This document shows positions 31,420 to 40,298 of a stretch of 64,000 nt of DNA, one piece after another. The translations under genes were made by a program, and so were the position numbers. Positions within the stretch are counted from its first letter, which is position 1. Every line of letters starts with the position of its first letter. The stretch is taken from positions 1 to 64,000 of the IMG/VR virus record IMGVR_UViG_3300022555_000032, one strand, 5' to 3'. The notes under the pieces were generated by a model. It worked only from the letters and a program-made list of their open reading frames with translations, made no database searches and was not told the DNA's origin. Origin of the DNA: a virus (lineage: Duplodnaviria > Caudoviricetes).

Positions 31420-31684
31420 GTTCTGGTTCTTTAAAGTAGGTAGTATGTTTAGATTTGAATTCCTCTAACTGAGACTGAACTAATAGAAATTCATTAGTCA
31501 TATCTACTGATTGGTGAGTAATAATATTAACAGCAAGGAGATTGGCTCTGAATATCCAATGAAATTTAACGTCTGGTCCATTAGAAATAAGTAATTGTTC
31601 CATACGGATCAGATATGGAAGAAGGTCATCTTTTAAAACAGGTTTAATAAAGTCTTGATCGCTTTCTATTGGATCTATGTTCAT
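31403..31684 (-). CDS. Hypothetical protein
   Basis: 93 aa. Confidence 0.5.
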   Translation of the reverse strand: MNIDPIESDQDFIKPVLKDDLLPYLIRMEQLLISNGPDVKFHWIFRANLLAVNIITHQSVDMTNEFLLVQSQLEEFKSKHTTYFKEPEHEQNP

Positions 31685-31896
31685 AATAATGATTCTTCGG
31701 TATATTTCTTACATTCTTTTTCCATGAAACCTAATCCATTATTTATTCTATTCATGTCTTTGAAAGATTTGGATATGTTTTCATTAAATAAATGTATTTT
31801 AACAATTGGTCTACGTTCTCTATCAGATAAAGGAAAATCAAACTTTAGAATAACTCCGGTTCCGAATGGAGTAACTACTGTATCTCCTACTTTCAT
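31681..31896 (-). CDS. Hypothetical protein (SH3-like MKVGDTV start)
   Basis: 71 aa. Confidence 0.5.
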   Translation of the reverse strand: MKVGDTVVTPFGTGVILKFDFPLSDRERRPIVKIHLFNENISKSFKDMNRINNGLGFMEKECKKYTEESLL

Positions 31897-32066
31897 CCTC
31901 CATCGATATTAAAGTTAGATTCTACATATTGTTCTTTTGTAGGTAATGGACAATCATCCGGAATAGAATTAAGATCAATTCTTCTGTTTAATAGGAAGCA
32001 ATCACCTAATTCCTGATCACAATTTCCACAATCATGGCAACATGTAATTTCAAGTATCTTTATCAT
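31893..32066 (-). CDS. Small Cys-rich protein (57 aa, not in ORF track)
   Basis: MIKILEITCCHDCGNCDQELGDCFLLNRRIDLNSIPDDCPLP...; ATGA overlaps on both sides. Confidence 0.65.
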   Translation of the reverse strand: MIKILEITCCHDCGNCDQELGDCFLLNRRIDLNSIPDDCPLPTKEQYVESNFNIDGG

Positions 32067-32755
32067 AATGCTCCGTTATCAGCAAAAGAATAGTATTCAT
32101 CACCGCCTACAATTATATGATCTAATACTGCACATTCAAGTAATACTCCACAATCTTTAACTCTCTTAGTTATGGTATGGTCAGCATCACTAGCCTGGAT
32201 TGATTTTGAAGGATGATTATGTCCTAATATCATTGAAGAAGCATGATTAGAGAGCGCCAGTTGAAAGATCTTCTTTGGATCAACTACCGTACCGGATACA
32301 CCACCTTCGCTTATCTTAACCGTTCTAATGACCTTATTTGCTCTATTCATAAGTATGCACCAGAACTCTTCATATTGAAGATCTGATAGTATTGGATGGA
32401 AGATATCAAAAGCATCTCTTGACTTGGTTATCTTACCCATTTCTAAAGCTTGGTTAAGAGATCTTCTCTTACCTAATTCAAAAGCAGATAGTAATGTAGT
32501 AGCTTTTTGAGTTGTTAATCCAAGGAATTTAAGATCACCAATACTCATTTTAGCTATCCTATTAAAATCATTATTAGCTTCCTTTAGAATTGACTTGGAT
32601 AACTCAAGGAGATTGTTATTACATGATCCACCACCTATAATGATACATAGTAACTCAGCATCGCTTAAGGCATTTTTACCTTTAACAAGCATCTTATAGA
32701 CTGGCTGATCTTCTTTCACCCAGTCTTTCATTGGAACTTGATCAGTGGAGATCAT
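32063..32755 (-). CDS. radC: RadC/JAB-domain protein
   Basis: LSDAELL; YEEFW; GGVSGTVVDPKKIF; HNHPS...S.AD...T...LDHII; start moved to ATG at 32755. Confidence 0.9.
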   Translation of the reverse strand: MISTDQVPMKDWVKEDQPVYKMLVKGKNALSDAELLCIIIGGGSCNNNLLELSKSILKEANNDFNRIAKMSIGDLKFLGLTTQKATTLLSAFELGKRRSLNQALEMGKITKSRDAFDIFHPILSDLQYEEFWCILMNRANKVIRTVKISEGGVSGTVVDPKKIFQLALSNHASSMILGHNHPSKSIQASDADHTITKRVKDCGVLLECAVLDHIIVGGDEYYSFADNGAL

Positions 32756-32987
32756 CTTCGATAATGACTTTAGTACAGATAATCTCTTTGTTACCCTTAA
32801 TATGTTTAAGGAACCATTTTCCCTTATGTTCTTCATTCATAAGGATTTCAGCTTCATTAATAGTGACAGGAGTATAATAGTATAATCCTCCTTTAATGAA
32901 TTCAACAGCTAATGTTTGAGTAGGTTCATCATAGCCTAACTTGCTTATTAACTGTGAGTATACTGGTATTAAATCAATCTTTACCAT
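32742..32987 (-). CDS. KTSC-domain protein
   Basis: SQLISKLGYDEPTQTLAVEFIKGGLYYY.PV...GKWFLKHIK; start moved to 32987. Confidence 0.85.
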   Translation of the reverse strand: MVKIDLIPVYSQLISKLGYDEPTQTLAVEFIKGGLYYYTPVTINEAEILMNEEHKGKWFLKHIKGNKEIICTKVIIEDDLH

Positions 32988-33129
32988 CGTTTTTCTTTTT
33001 AAGTGGACACCATGTTGGTTGACAAGACACATTACCTATGACTTTCTTAGTCAATAAGCATTTACAATGATTTCCTCGGGTAGATAGATGTTCGCATATT
33101 TCACATCTGATTGGTTCGTCTTCGCTCAT
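32974..33129 (-). CDS. Small Cys-rich protein (51 aa, not in ORF track)
   Basis: MSEDEPIRCEICEHLSTRGNHCKCLLTKKVIGNVSCQPTWCPLKKKNDGKD; ATGA overlap. Confidence 0.65.
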   Translation of the reverse strand: MSEDEPIRCEICEHLSTRGNHCKCLLTKKVIGNVSCQPTWCPLKKKNDGKD

Positions 33130-33371
33130 ATCATTATTACCTTTTTATCTTTAAGAAGTTCAACAGATTCAGATAATGCAACTTCGTCAATAGATCCATT
33201 AAGATTGATACATTGCCATCTGAGATGCATAACTATTACTTCTTTCCTTATCATCTTTTTTAAAGGAAAGTCTGATAGTCCACAGCCGGATAAAGGAGAA
33301 ATGTCAATGTCTGGATAGGAGATGTTCTTCCTGATCTCATCAACTACTTGTTTAATTTCAGTTTTATTCAT
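33126..33371 (-). CDS. Hypothetical protein
   Basis: 81 aa. Confidence 0.55.
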   Translation of the reverse strand: MNKTEIKQVVDEIRKNISYPDIDISPLSGCGLSDFPLKKMIRKEVIVMHLRWQCINLNGSIDEVALSESVELLKDKKVIMI

Positions 33372-33636
33372 TGAATCCGTTTATGTTATCGTAAATAAGA
33401 GTTCCGTCATCATTATAAACTTCCATGGTAGATTGACCATCATTTTCTTCAATAGTCATTTGTTCTTCTGTTTCTACCTGAAATTCATAACTAAGATTAA
33501 TATTTGGTAAATGATCATAAATATCATTAGAAGAAGTTATCTTATCTTCTAAAATTAAATCAAGAAGTTTTTCCCCATCAGCTATATCTGATATCTGAAC
33601 TTTCTCCCAACATGTTACCTTAAAATTAGCGTACAT
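33364..33636 (-). CDS. Hypothetical acidic protein
   Basis: 90 aa. Confidence 0.55.
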   Translation of the reverse strand: MYANFKVTCWEKVQISDIADGEKLLDLILEDKITSSNDIYDHLPNINLSYEFQVETEEQMTIEENDGQSTMEVYNDDGTLIYDNINGFNE

Positions 33637-33788
33637 ATCTCTTGATTAAGTATTTATTAAACTGTTTTAATTGTATACATGCATTACCATGTCTGAAGTA
33701 GGTACAATATAGTCTTAACCGAATCAACTTACGTTGTTCATCATCTTGCATTTTAGACCATATGTGAGTGTCGATGTGCTTATGTATC

Positions 33789-34688
33789 CTATTCCTCTGT
33801 TGGAAGGAGATCGTCTGTCGTAGGTTCCTTATCTTGCTTATTAAGGTATGTTTCCAAGTCATAGTCATCTGATGTATGGAAGATTTCATCAACAAGGTTT
33901 GAAAGATAGTTCTGATTAACCTCAGTAATCTTACCTGAAGCTAAATCAGCCTGAATACGATCAATCATTGCATTGAAGTAATGAATATCAACACCTATGA
34001 GTTGATCATACATGATTTTAGGATTCTTAAGATCAAGAGCATTAAGCTGAAAAGCCATCTTAAAGATATCGCCAGCGCTTATTGTCCATCCTCTGGTCAA
34101 GAACTTCCTTAATCTAAAGAATGATGCTAAAGGATATAAGGAACCTACATAGCGTAATTCTTTAGCAAGGATAGCTTCCATTGAATCGGGATTAAGTCTC
34201 AGTTTACCATCTTTCGATAACCAGTAGGACTTAACATGAACAAAGTCATAGTTCTTATGGATTTCTTCTGCAGGTCCATAGAACCGGATGATAAGCTGAA
34301 CCTGATTAGTTAAAGAGATAGCATTATCTGTTATTACAGCTGGATAGAACTTCTTTCCTTTGTAACAAGGTCTCTTTATACCATCTGATTTAATCTGAAA
34401 ACGGATTCTTCCATCTGGATCCTCGACAATCTTTGTATTATTCATCCAGGTCTCATTCTCCTTGAGTAGTAATGAACGATAATAATTACATACCGCTAAG
34501 ACTGTTTCTTTATTGGTAAAATAGATATCAAAGTCATTAACCTCTTCGTTAAGGACTAGTGATACTATTGCCCCACCAGTAATGATAGAATTGTCTTTTA
34601 CTAATTGCCTTACCTTTTCATCTGTTATTGATTTAAGGAATAAGGCAAACTGACCTCTGAGGATCTTTTCACACGTTATAGCTTTCAT
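33789..34688 (-). CDS. Pol-beta superfamily nucleotidyltransferase
   Basis: ITGGAIVS ... NDFDIYF (GG + DxD), FDF-like YDFVH, RLRKFLTRGW. Confidence 0.7.
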   Translation of the reverse strand: MKAITCEKILRGQFALFLKSITDEKVRQLVKDNSIITGGAIVSLVLNEEVNDFDIYFTNKETVLAVCNYYRSLLLKENETWMNNTKIVEDPDGRIRFQIKSDGIKRPCYKGKKFYPAVITDNAISLTNQVQLIIRFYGPAEEIHKNYDFVHVKSYWLSKDGKLRLNPDSMEAILAKELRYVGSLYPLASFFRLRKFLTRGWTISAGDIFKMAFQLNALDLKNPKIMYDQLIGVDIHYFNAMIDRIQADLASGKITEVNQNYLSNLVDEIFHTSDDYDLETYLNKQDKEPTTDDLLPTEE

Positions 34689-35971
34689 ATTGTTTTTGCT
34701 AATTGTTTAATTACTTTCTTATTGCTATTGACTAGTCTTACAATCTCTTTATGATATGGGGAATCATCATTATTTAATCCTCTTGCCTGAACAACTTTCA
34801 TTTCCGATAAAGAGAATTCTATTGTTTCTAATCTCTGGTTATCTTTCCTTGCCGATAGTATTAATGAGTCTTCATCAGCATAGTATTCATTGCTAAATAC
34901 GCAATGATTAAGGCTATCTCCTTCTATTACAAACTCATTAACATCTTTTAGAACTACTACTGAGAAATTATCATTAGAGAACTGAAGAGGGAAGAACTTA
35001 CTTTTAGATTGTTGATAAAGGATATTGGCTTCTGCTATCTTAGCTTTTAGTTTAGCAATACCTTCTTTTCTTCTTCTTTCATTACTCTTTCTGATATATC
35101 TCTGGTGTTCTAATTTGAGATCAACAGGACAGATGAACTTAGGGTTGTAGATGTCCTTTTCAAACGATATGAGCATGTCTATCTGATCAAGCCACGTAGC
35201 TACATCTTTAACAAGATAGTTGTTCCTGATGCATATTCTGATTTGAGGCCAGTACTCTTTGATCTTTTGATTATACCTATGATATTCACTAAGAAGATTA
35301 AACTGACCAGTCTTGATCAATGTCTCTGTTTTTGATTCGGATAGGATTATAGAGAATAGATAAGCCGGATGAAGCTGATGAAAACTATACTTAAAACCAT
35401 TTCGTCTTAAAGTCTTAAGATAGCGTTTGCCTGGACAAATATCCTTTCCATAGGTATAATATTTGTCTTTAATGTTCCGAATCTCCATGTCAGATCCCCA
35501 AATCCATTTGTCTCCATATCCAAAAGCATTATCCTTTACGGCTCTTACTACACTTAATCCATCTTCTCTTATCCAGTGCTGAATGACCTCCATGGAACTA
35601 TATACAGCCTTCTTACCAGCATAACAGCGCTGATGAATCCAAACAATCCTTACTATCTGATAGTTCTTATGAGTAGACATATAGAAATAATACTCTTTAT
35701 CGAACTTATGCCTTATACGTCCTTCTAAGACCTTTAGGTCGCATCCACACTTAGGACAAGTAAATCCACCTACTTTAACTAGAAGTGATCCCTTAACGTC
35801 TGAATTAGGCCATTTATGACCACATTCTAAGCAAATAACTTCATGCTTTGTCTTATAAGCATATTTCTTAAAGAGATTCTTTCTGGCCCAGGGAAGAGAT
35901 GATTTGATAATTGGAGAAAGAGACTTAGATAGATGATCGACTTCAATCTGAATCTTTGTCTTTGGTTTCAT
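34685..35971 (-). CDS. pcfJ: PcfJ-like protein
   Basis: CLECG/CPKCG N-terminus; EGDSLNHCVF..EYY...SLILSARK...LETIE.SL....VVQARG.NN. Confidence 0.85.
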   Translation of the reverse strand: MKPKTKIQIEVDHLSKSLSPIIKSSLPWARKNLFKKYAYKTKHEVICLECGHKWPNSDVKGSLLVKVGGFTCPKCGCDLKVLEGRIRHKFDKEYYFYMSTHKNYQIVRIVWIHQRCYAGKKAVYSSMEVIQHWIREDGLSVVRAVKDNAFGYGDKWIWGSDMEIRNIKDKYYTYGKDICPGKRYLKTLRRNGFKYSFHQLHPAYLFSIILSESKTETLIKTGQFNLLSEYHRYNQKIKEYWPQIRICIRNNYLVKDVATWLDQIDMLISFEKDIYNPKFICPVDLKLEHQRYIRKSNERRRKEGIAKLKAKIAEANILYQQSKSKFFPLQFSNDNFSVVVLKDVNEFVIEGDSLNHCVFSNEYYADEDSLILSARKDNQRLETIEFSLSEMKVVQARGLNNDDSPYHKEIVRLVNSNKKVIKQLAKTI

Positions 35972-36185
35972 TAGAAATTTTCTTTACTTCTTCAATGAAG
36001 GCTCTACAATGACGACCATCTTTAGTCTTTCCGTATAAGAAATAGTTAAACTGTGTTCCTACTTTTCTTACACATGAAGGAAAATCCCGTATGATGAATC
36101 TTTCACCTGTCTTTACAAGATTTTCTCCTTTATAATCTTTAGTTAATTCTAATGTTTCACCTATGCAAAATCCTGGATCTTTCAT
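35943..36185 (-). CDS. Hypothetical protein inserted between pcfK and pcfJ
   Basis: 80 aa. Confidence 0.5.
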   Translation of the reverse strand: MKDPGFCIGETLELTKDYKGENLVKTGERFIIRDFPSCVRKVGTQFNYFLYGKTKDGRHCRAFIEEVKKISNETKDKDSD

Positions 36186-36604
36186 TAGAACAAACTTAAT
36201 TCTTCTGTTTTAGCAACTTCTTTCTTAGCTGGAATAATAGTAGGTGCCTGTTTCTTTCGCATAGAGGCCATAGCATCATCCTGGACCTTTTGGATAGCTT
36301 CTTTACGTGCTTTGTCTTTCTCTTCTTGAGTAAGCTCAACGGTATGATTAACCACTACTGTAGCATCAATAGCCTTTCCTATATCGATGATCTCTTCGTC
36401 ATAGTAGTGTACTGCCATTGAATAGACTTCTGCATCTGTAAAGCCATTAATACCGCTTTTCTGAACAGTATTTAAGATATAAGTACAACAGTCTTCAATG
36501 TTCTTCTTATCGTTCTTAAACTTGACTGCAAAGAGTTCATCCTGTTCTGCTTTTACTTCAAGATGTTTCTGTATTGCTGCTTTGAAAAAATCAGATCTTT
36601 TCAT
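36185..36604 (-). CDS. acrIIA9: PcfK-like / AcrIIA9-family Cas9 inhibitor
   Basis: FK..I..L...A..DELFA....K...DC...ILN.V..SG..G.TD.EV.S.A.HYYDE...VVVNH.VELT.EEK..ARKEA...ELSLF collinear with AcrIIA9 as recalled. Confidence 0.75.
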   Translation of the reverse strand: MKRSDFFKAAIQKHLEVKAEQDELFAVKFKNDKKNIEDCCTYILNTVQKSGINGFTDAEVYSMAVHYYDEEIIDIGKAIDATVVVNHTVELTQEEKDKARKEAIQKVQDDAMASMRKKQAPTIIPAKKEVAKTEELSLF

Positions 36605-36875
36605 TTAAATGAGCATTTAAATAATCAAATGAAAGTTGTTCGAATTTAAGTTTTGTATAAAAATATGCTTTAACACCACCTATTTCAATAGAAAAAGAAT
36701 CTAATGGAGTTAATTTCTGATCCATAGAAATTTTCCAAACTGGTATAGGCTTATATACTGTCCTTGATATGAATTCAAGTTCATAAAATCTATCGTATTC
36801 ACATTCTATTACAATTACAGAATGTTTATACTTAGGTTCGTCAAGATATGCTAATATCTTAAATAATTTATCCAT
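36591..36875 (-). CDS. Hypothetical protein (AT-rich)
   Basis: 94 aa. Confidence 0.5.
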   Translation of the reverse strand: MDKLFKILAYLDEPKYKHSVIVIECEYDRFYELEFISRTVYKPIPVWKISMDQKLTPLDSFSIEIGGVKAYFYTKLKFEQLSFDYLNAHLNEKI

Positions 36876-37118
36876 CTAAAATGCTTTATAAGGGTAAGGA
36901 TTGTTCAAAATGTAAAACTCTAAGGCTTTTTGTGCTGTTTCGCTAGCTTTAATAAGCTGTATTATTAAGTCATAAGGATCCTGTCCTTGTGCTAAGGCGG
37001 TTACAACAGTATGAAATAGAGCCGATGTCTTATACATTTCTTCTTTTTGATCGACTGGAAACTTATCAATAGTCTCCTGGACTTTTATAAACCATTCTTC
37101 TTTATTCATTTTTTCCAT
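36876..37118 (-). CDS. Hypothetical protein
   Basis: 80 aa. Confidence 0.55.
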   Translation of the reverse strand: MEKMNKEEWFIKVQETIDKFPVDQKEEMYKTSALFHTVVTALAQGQDPYDLIIQLIKASETAQKALEFYILNNPYPYKAF

Positions 37119-37324
37119 TCATTATATCCTACTTCAAAAGCAATAGGATCAAGTTTTCGAATAATTGTACCATATTTATTTTGAAGTCCTTTCTTTAAAG
37201 CCCAATTCTTTTCTCTTGAAGTTTTATCATTACCGGCCCAACAATGTTCTGTAAGATCTCTACATTGATGAAAGTCATATAATTGATTAAGATATTCTTC
37301 ATAATCATTTTTTGTCTTTTCCAT
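37106..37324 (-). CDS. Hypothetical protein
   Basis: 72 aa; ends G..IRK.DPIAFEVGYNEW. Confidence 0.55.
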   Translation of the reverse strand: MEKTKNDYEEYLNQLYDFHQCRDLTEHCWAGNDKTSREKNWALKKGLQNKYGTIIRKLDPIAFEVGYNEWKK

Positions 37325-37517
37325 GTTTAACTTCTTTATCGTTTAATAATACCAATCTGTTTAAAGGAACTATTGCTTCAACTTTAGCCTTGGATTGACA
37401 TAAAGCCTTATCTTTTTCCACCAATCTCATAATCCTTACTGGTATTCCTCTTGAATTAGTAACCTTATACCACTTTACAATAAGGTTAGGACTATTATTG
37501 ACCTCTGGGTACCTCAT
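37305..37517 (-). CDS. Hypothetical protein
   Basis: 70 aa. Confidence 0.45.
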   Translation of the reverse strand: MRYPEVNNSPNLIVKWYKVTNSRGIPVRIMRLVEKDKALCQSKAKVEAIVPLNRLVLLNDKEVKHGKDKK

Positions 37518-37749
37518 TGGTCTTAATAAGTTTCATTAGGTCAAGTAATCGGATCATATAAGGCGCATAGACTTCATTACCAAGATTAGTCCTTACAGTT
37601 AGCACTCCGGCTTCAATACACTTCTTAGGATCGCTTATCTTAAGCCAGGGATAGAGTTGTATAGGTCCATCTGGAATGCCGTTAGACTTGAAGAAAGACT
37701 CTATCTCGTCAATCTTTGCTTTCCAGTGTGCCTTGGTTGGATTTGACAT
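37495..37749 (-). CDS. Hypothetical protein
   Basis: 84 aa. Confidence 0.55.
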   Translation of the reverse strand: MSNPTKAHWKAKIDEIESFFKSNGIPDGPIQLYPWLKISDPKKCIEAGVLTVRTNLGNEVYAPYMIRLLDLMKLIKTNEVPRGQ

Positions 37750-38023
37750 CTTCCTTTAGTAATCTGTATTCAATAAATTGATAACCTACTCCTTCATGTT
37801 CCCAATTAGGATTCCTTGGTCTATACTTAAAGGTAACTCCATTGATTCTGCCTTGTAATAGAGAAGGATCATTAAGATTAAGGTCAATAGTTCTGATAAG
37901 GATAGACAAGCATACCCATTCCGAATGCTTATCATCATTAATGATTTGATTCTTAAACTTAGCTTTTAGCCATTCTCTAATAGCTGATTCATTCTTGCTA
38001 TATTCTTTCTTCTTTCCTTTCAT
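37709..38023 (-). CDS. Hypothetical protein
   Basis: 104 aa. Confidence 0.55.
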   Translation of the reverse strand: MKGKKKEYSKNESAIREWLKAKFKNQIINDDKHSEWVCLSILIRTIDLNLNDPSLLQGRINGVTFKYRPRNPNWEHEGVGYQFIEYRLLKEDVKSNQGTLESKD

Positions 38024-38220
38024 AAAGCATTATCTTTTAAGAATTTATTTTTACCATCAGTATCTACAAAAACAATCTTCTTAGCCTTACTAATGACATG
38101 ATCAGTTGATTCTTGTTTAAAACACCAGATATTTACCTGATCGAATGTATGTTTTTTAGCACAACTAAGAAGATCGTCTCTTGAGAATGACAGAAATCTA
38201 TTATCTGGATCCCAAATCAT
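38020..38220 (-). CDS. Hypothetical protein
   Basis: 66 aa. Confidence 0.5.
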   Translation of the reverse strand: MIWDPDNRFLSFSRDDLLSCAKKHTFDQVNIWCFKQESTDHVISKAKKIVFVDTDGKNKFLKDNAL

Positions 38221-38630
38221 TAGAAAACAAATTGATTAAGCTTATAAAGATCAATCTCATTGTCTTCAATCATAGTTGCAAGCATATTCCTTGTACCTTC
38301 ATCATCACCAAGATCCTTAATGATCTCCTTTTGCTTGATCTGGATAGTCTCATAGCCGACTATGATCTCCCTGAAGGCATTTTTAGGACCGTTAAGATCA
38401 CTTCTGAACACATCTAAGGACTTTGTATCAACCGTATAAGGATCGCCCATCCCAACGATTCTTTCAGCTATCTTATCAGCATTATCTTCTGCCTTTTGAT
38501 AAATTGATTCAAAGAACTTATGAAGCTCAAGGAAGTTAGATGCTTTGATATTCCAATGAGCATTTCTGGTATTTAAAAAAAGATTCCAATAGAGATAACT
38601 AAGATCTCTCAATTTGTCAACTGTTGTCAT
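38220..38630 (-). CDS. dps: Dps-family ferritin-like protein
   Basis: TRNAHWNIKA.NFLELHKFFE.IY......DKIAERI. Confidence 0.85.
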   Translation of the reverse strand: MTTVDKLRDLSYLYWNLFLNTRNAHWNIKASNFLELHKFFESIYQKAEDNADKIAERIVGMGDPYTVDTKSLDVFRSDLNGPKNAFREIIVGYETIQIKQKEIIKDLGDDEGTRNMLATMIEDNEIDLYKLNQFVF

Positions 38631-38675
38631 TGTCTTTTATTTAATGGTTAATTCCTCGCCTGTGAGGGCGTAAAT

Positions 38676-39572
38676 TCATGCTTTCTGCGTTTTATCTGTT
38701 ATAGGATCTTTCCAGCTAGCACAAGCACCACCTAAAGACTTGTAAGCACAATAAACTTTCTTATTAAGCTTATTAGCGTATTCCTGAGCTATTTGTCCAA
38801 TCCTTGTATGGTCACCAGGTGTCCATTGTAAGTCTTGATGAAGAACATCTGAGAATGCATAATCATTTAATTTAAGACTTCTTCTATTAAGAGCAACAAT
38901 ACCTATAGTCATTGATTCTTTTCTTAAGTCTATACCAGTATCGCTAAATAATGAATCTGAGTTAGAGTGCCAAGGACCCTTCAAAGATACAGATTCTCCA
39001 TTTTCAAGAGGCCAGGTTAATGTTGCTCCACCATAGCCTTGAAATTCTCTGTAGTTAGGATCCTGTTCTATTTTCTCTGCTTCTACATGGATATCGCTTG
39101 CCTTACTGTTGCCATTAACCGGAATGATCCATCTCTTACCACTTTTGCCAATAACAACCTTATAAAGTATCTTTTCATCACTTCTTTCATAAGAAGGTCC
39201 ATGGAGTGAGAACAGAACTTCTCCTTCTAAGAGTTCATCTTTTTTTGTTTCTTTCTTAACTGGTCTTTCAGGAAAGGAAGGAACATCACAAATGATATTA
39301 CAGATAGGAAGGTTAGATATCATGTTATACCGAATGCTTCTGATAGGCTCTGATATCACTTCAGCTTCATACAAAGTCTTAAGCAGACCTGGACATTTAT
39401 ATTCTGGTATGGCTGTCTCTAATGGCTTTAAATCAACATCTGGAATGTTTACAGTAGCATCACAGTAGGGTTCACCATCCGACATATAAAGACGTATAGC
39501 TATTCTATCATTATTCTCATACTGATTAAATTGGATAGTAAGCTCATTACCATCATGGATTATCTTTTTCAT
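38676..39572 (-). CDS. Two-domain protein, DUF4313-like N-terminus
   Basis: Y.NNDRIAI.L...DGEPY.DATVNIP; C-terminal GYGG...L.NG....LKGPWHSN domain. Confidence 0.45.
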   Translation of the reverse strand: MKKIIHDGNELTIQFNQYENNDRIAIRLYMSDGEPYCDATVNIPDVDLKPLETAIPEYKCPGLLKTLYEAEVISEPIRSIRYNMISNLPICNIICDVPSFPERPVKKETKKDELLEGEVLFSLHGPSYERSDEKILYKVVIGKSGKRWIIPVNGNSKASDIHVEAEKIEQDPNYREFQGYGGATLTWPLENGESVSLKGPWHSNSDSLFSDTGIDLRKESMTIGIVALNRRSLKLNDYAFSDVLHQDLQWTPGDHTRIGQIAQEYANKLNKKVYCAYKSLGGACASWKDPITDKTQKA

Positions 39573-39811
39573 TATAAAATAAGTTTAAATACTGAACGAA
39601 CTCTTTTGTTACCATCATCATCCATTGTCCACATACAATCATCACCAACAGGTATGATATAAGTATACATCTCTCCATGAATGATAAGTCCTACTGAATA
39701 GCCAATTCTCCCGAATCTGTATCCAAAATAAAGCTCTTGCTTTTTAACTTCTACAGACCCGGGATGAAACTTCTTAGGATCCTTCTGACTCAGATACTCC
39801 TGGAAGGTCAT
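39572..39811 (-). CDS. Hypothetical protein (79 aa, start revised)
   Basis: MTFQEYL start; upstream extension in ORF track overlaps the next gene. Confidence 0.5.
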   Translation of the reverse strand: MTFQEYLSQKDPKKFHPGSVEVKKQELYFGYRFGRIGYSVGLIIHGEMYTYIIPVGDDCMWTMDDDGNKRVRSVFKLIL

Positions 39812-40139
39812 GTTTGTCTTTTTTAAAGAAACTCTTATGAATAGGAATCTCGATATGGATGAAGTTGGTATTATCATCGATATTGCCAGCATTGAAACGT
39901 CCTTCAAATTCAGAAAGAGTATAGACAGTAGAATTCTTAATCGCCAGTTCCATGAGTTTATTAACCGCATCTGGATGATACATATTATCAATCTTTTCAT
40001 CTAAGACATCAGCTACTTCAGCAACATAGATCTTTATATCGTTCTTGATAAAATTCTCTACAAGCTTATGTGTCTCTTTGCGTGTTAGATTGTCGAAGTT
40101 ATCATGGATATAATCCACTATTACATTGATTGTGTTCAT
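39774..40139 (-). CDS. Hypothetical protein
   Basis: 121 aa. Confidence 0.55.
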   Translation of the reverse strand: MNTINVIVDYIHDNFDNLTRKETHKLVENFIKNDIKIYVAEVADVLDEKIDNMYHPDAVNKLMELAIKNSTVYTLSEFEGRFNAGNIDDNTNFIHIEIPIHKSFFKKDKHDLPGVSESEGS

Positions 40140-40294
40140 TCTTCTTCAATTTTAGCGATTAATATTGAGTCTTCATGTTCAAATCCGATAAAGAAAGGAT
40201 CTTCTAGTATATCATCAATAAGATTCTTTAATGATCGTGCTATCTGATCCTTTGTACCAGAACCAGTGATAGTAACCGTATATTCTTTTTCCAT
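40136..40294 (-). CDS. Small protein (52 aa, not in ORF track)
   Basis: MEKEYTVTITGSGTKDQIARSLKNLIDDILEDPFFIGFEHEDSILIAKIEEE; ATGA overlap. Confidence 0.6.
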   Translation of the reverse strand: MEKEYTVTITGSGTKDQIARSLKNLIDDILEDPFFIGFEHEDSILIAKIEEE

Positions 40295-40298
40295 AGGA

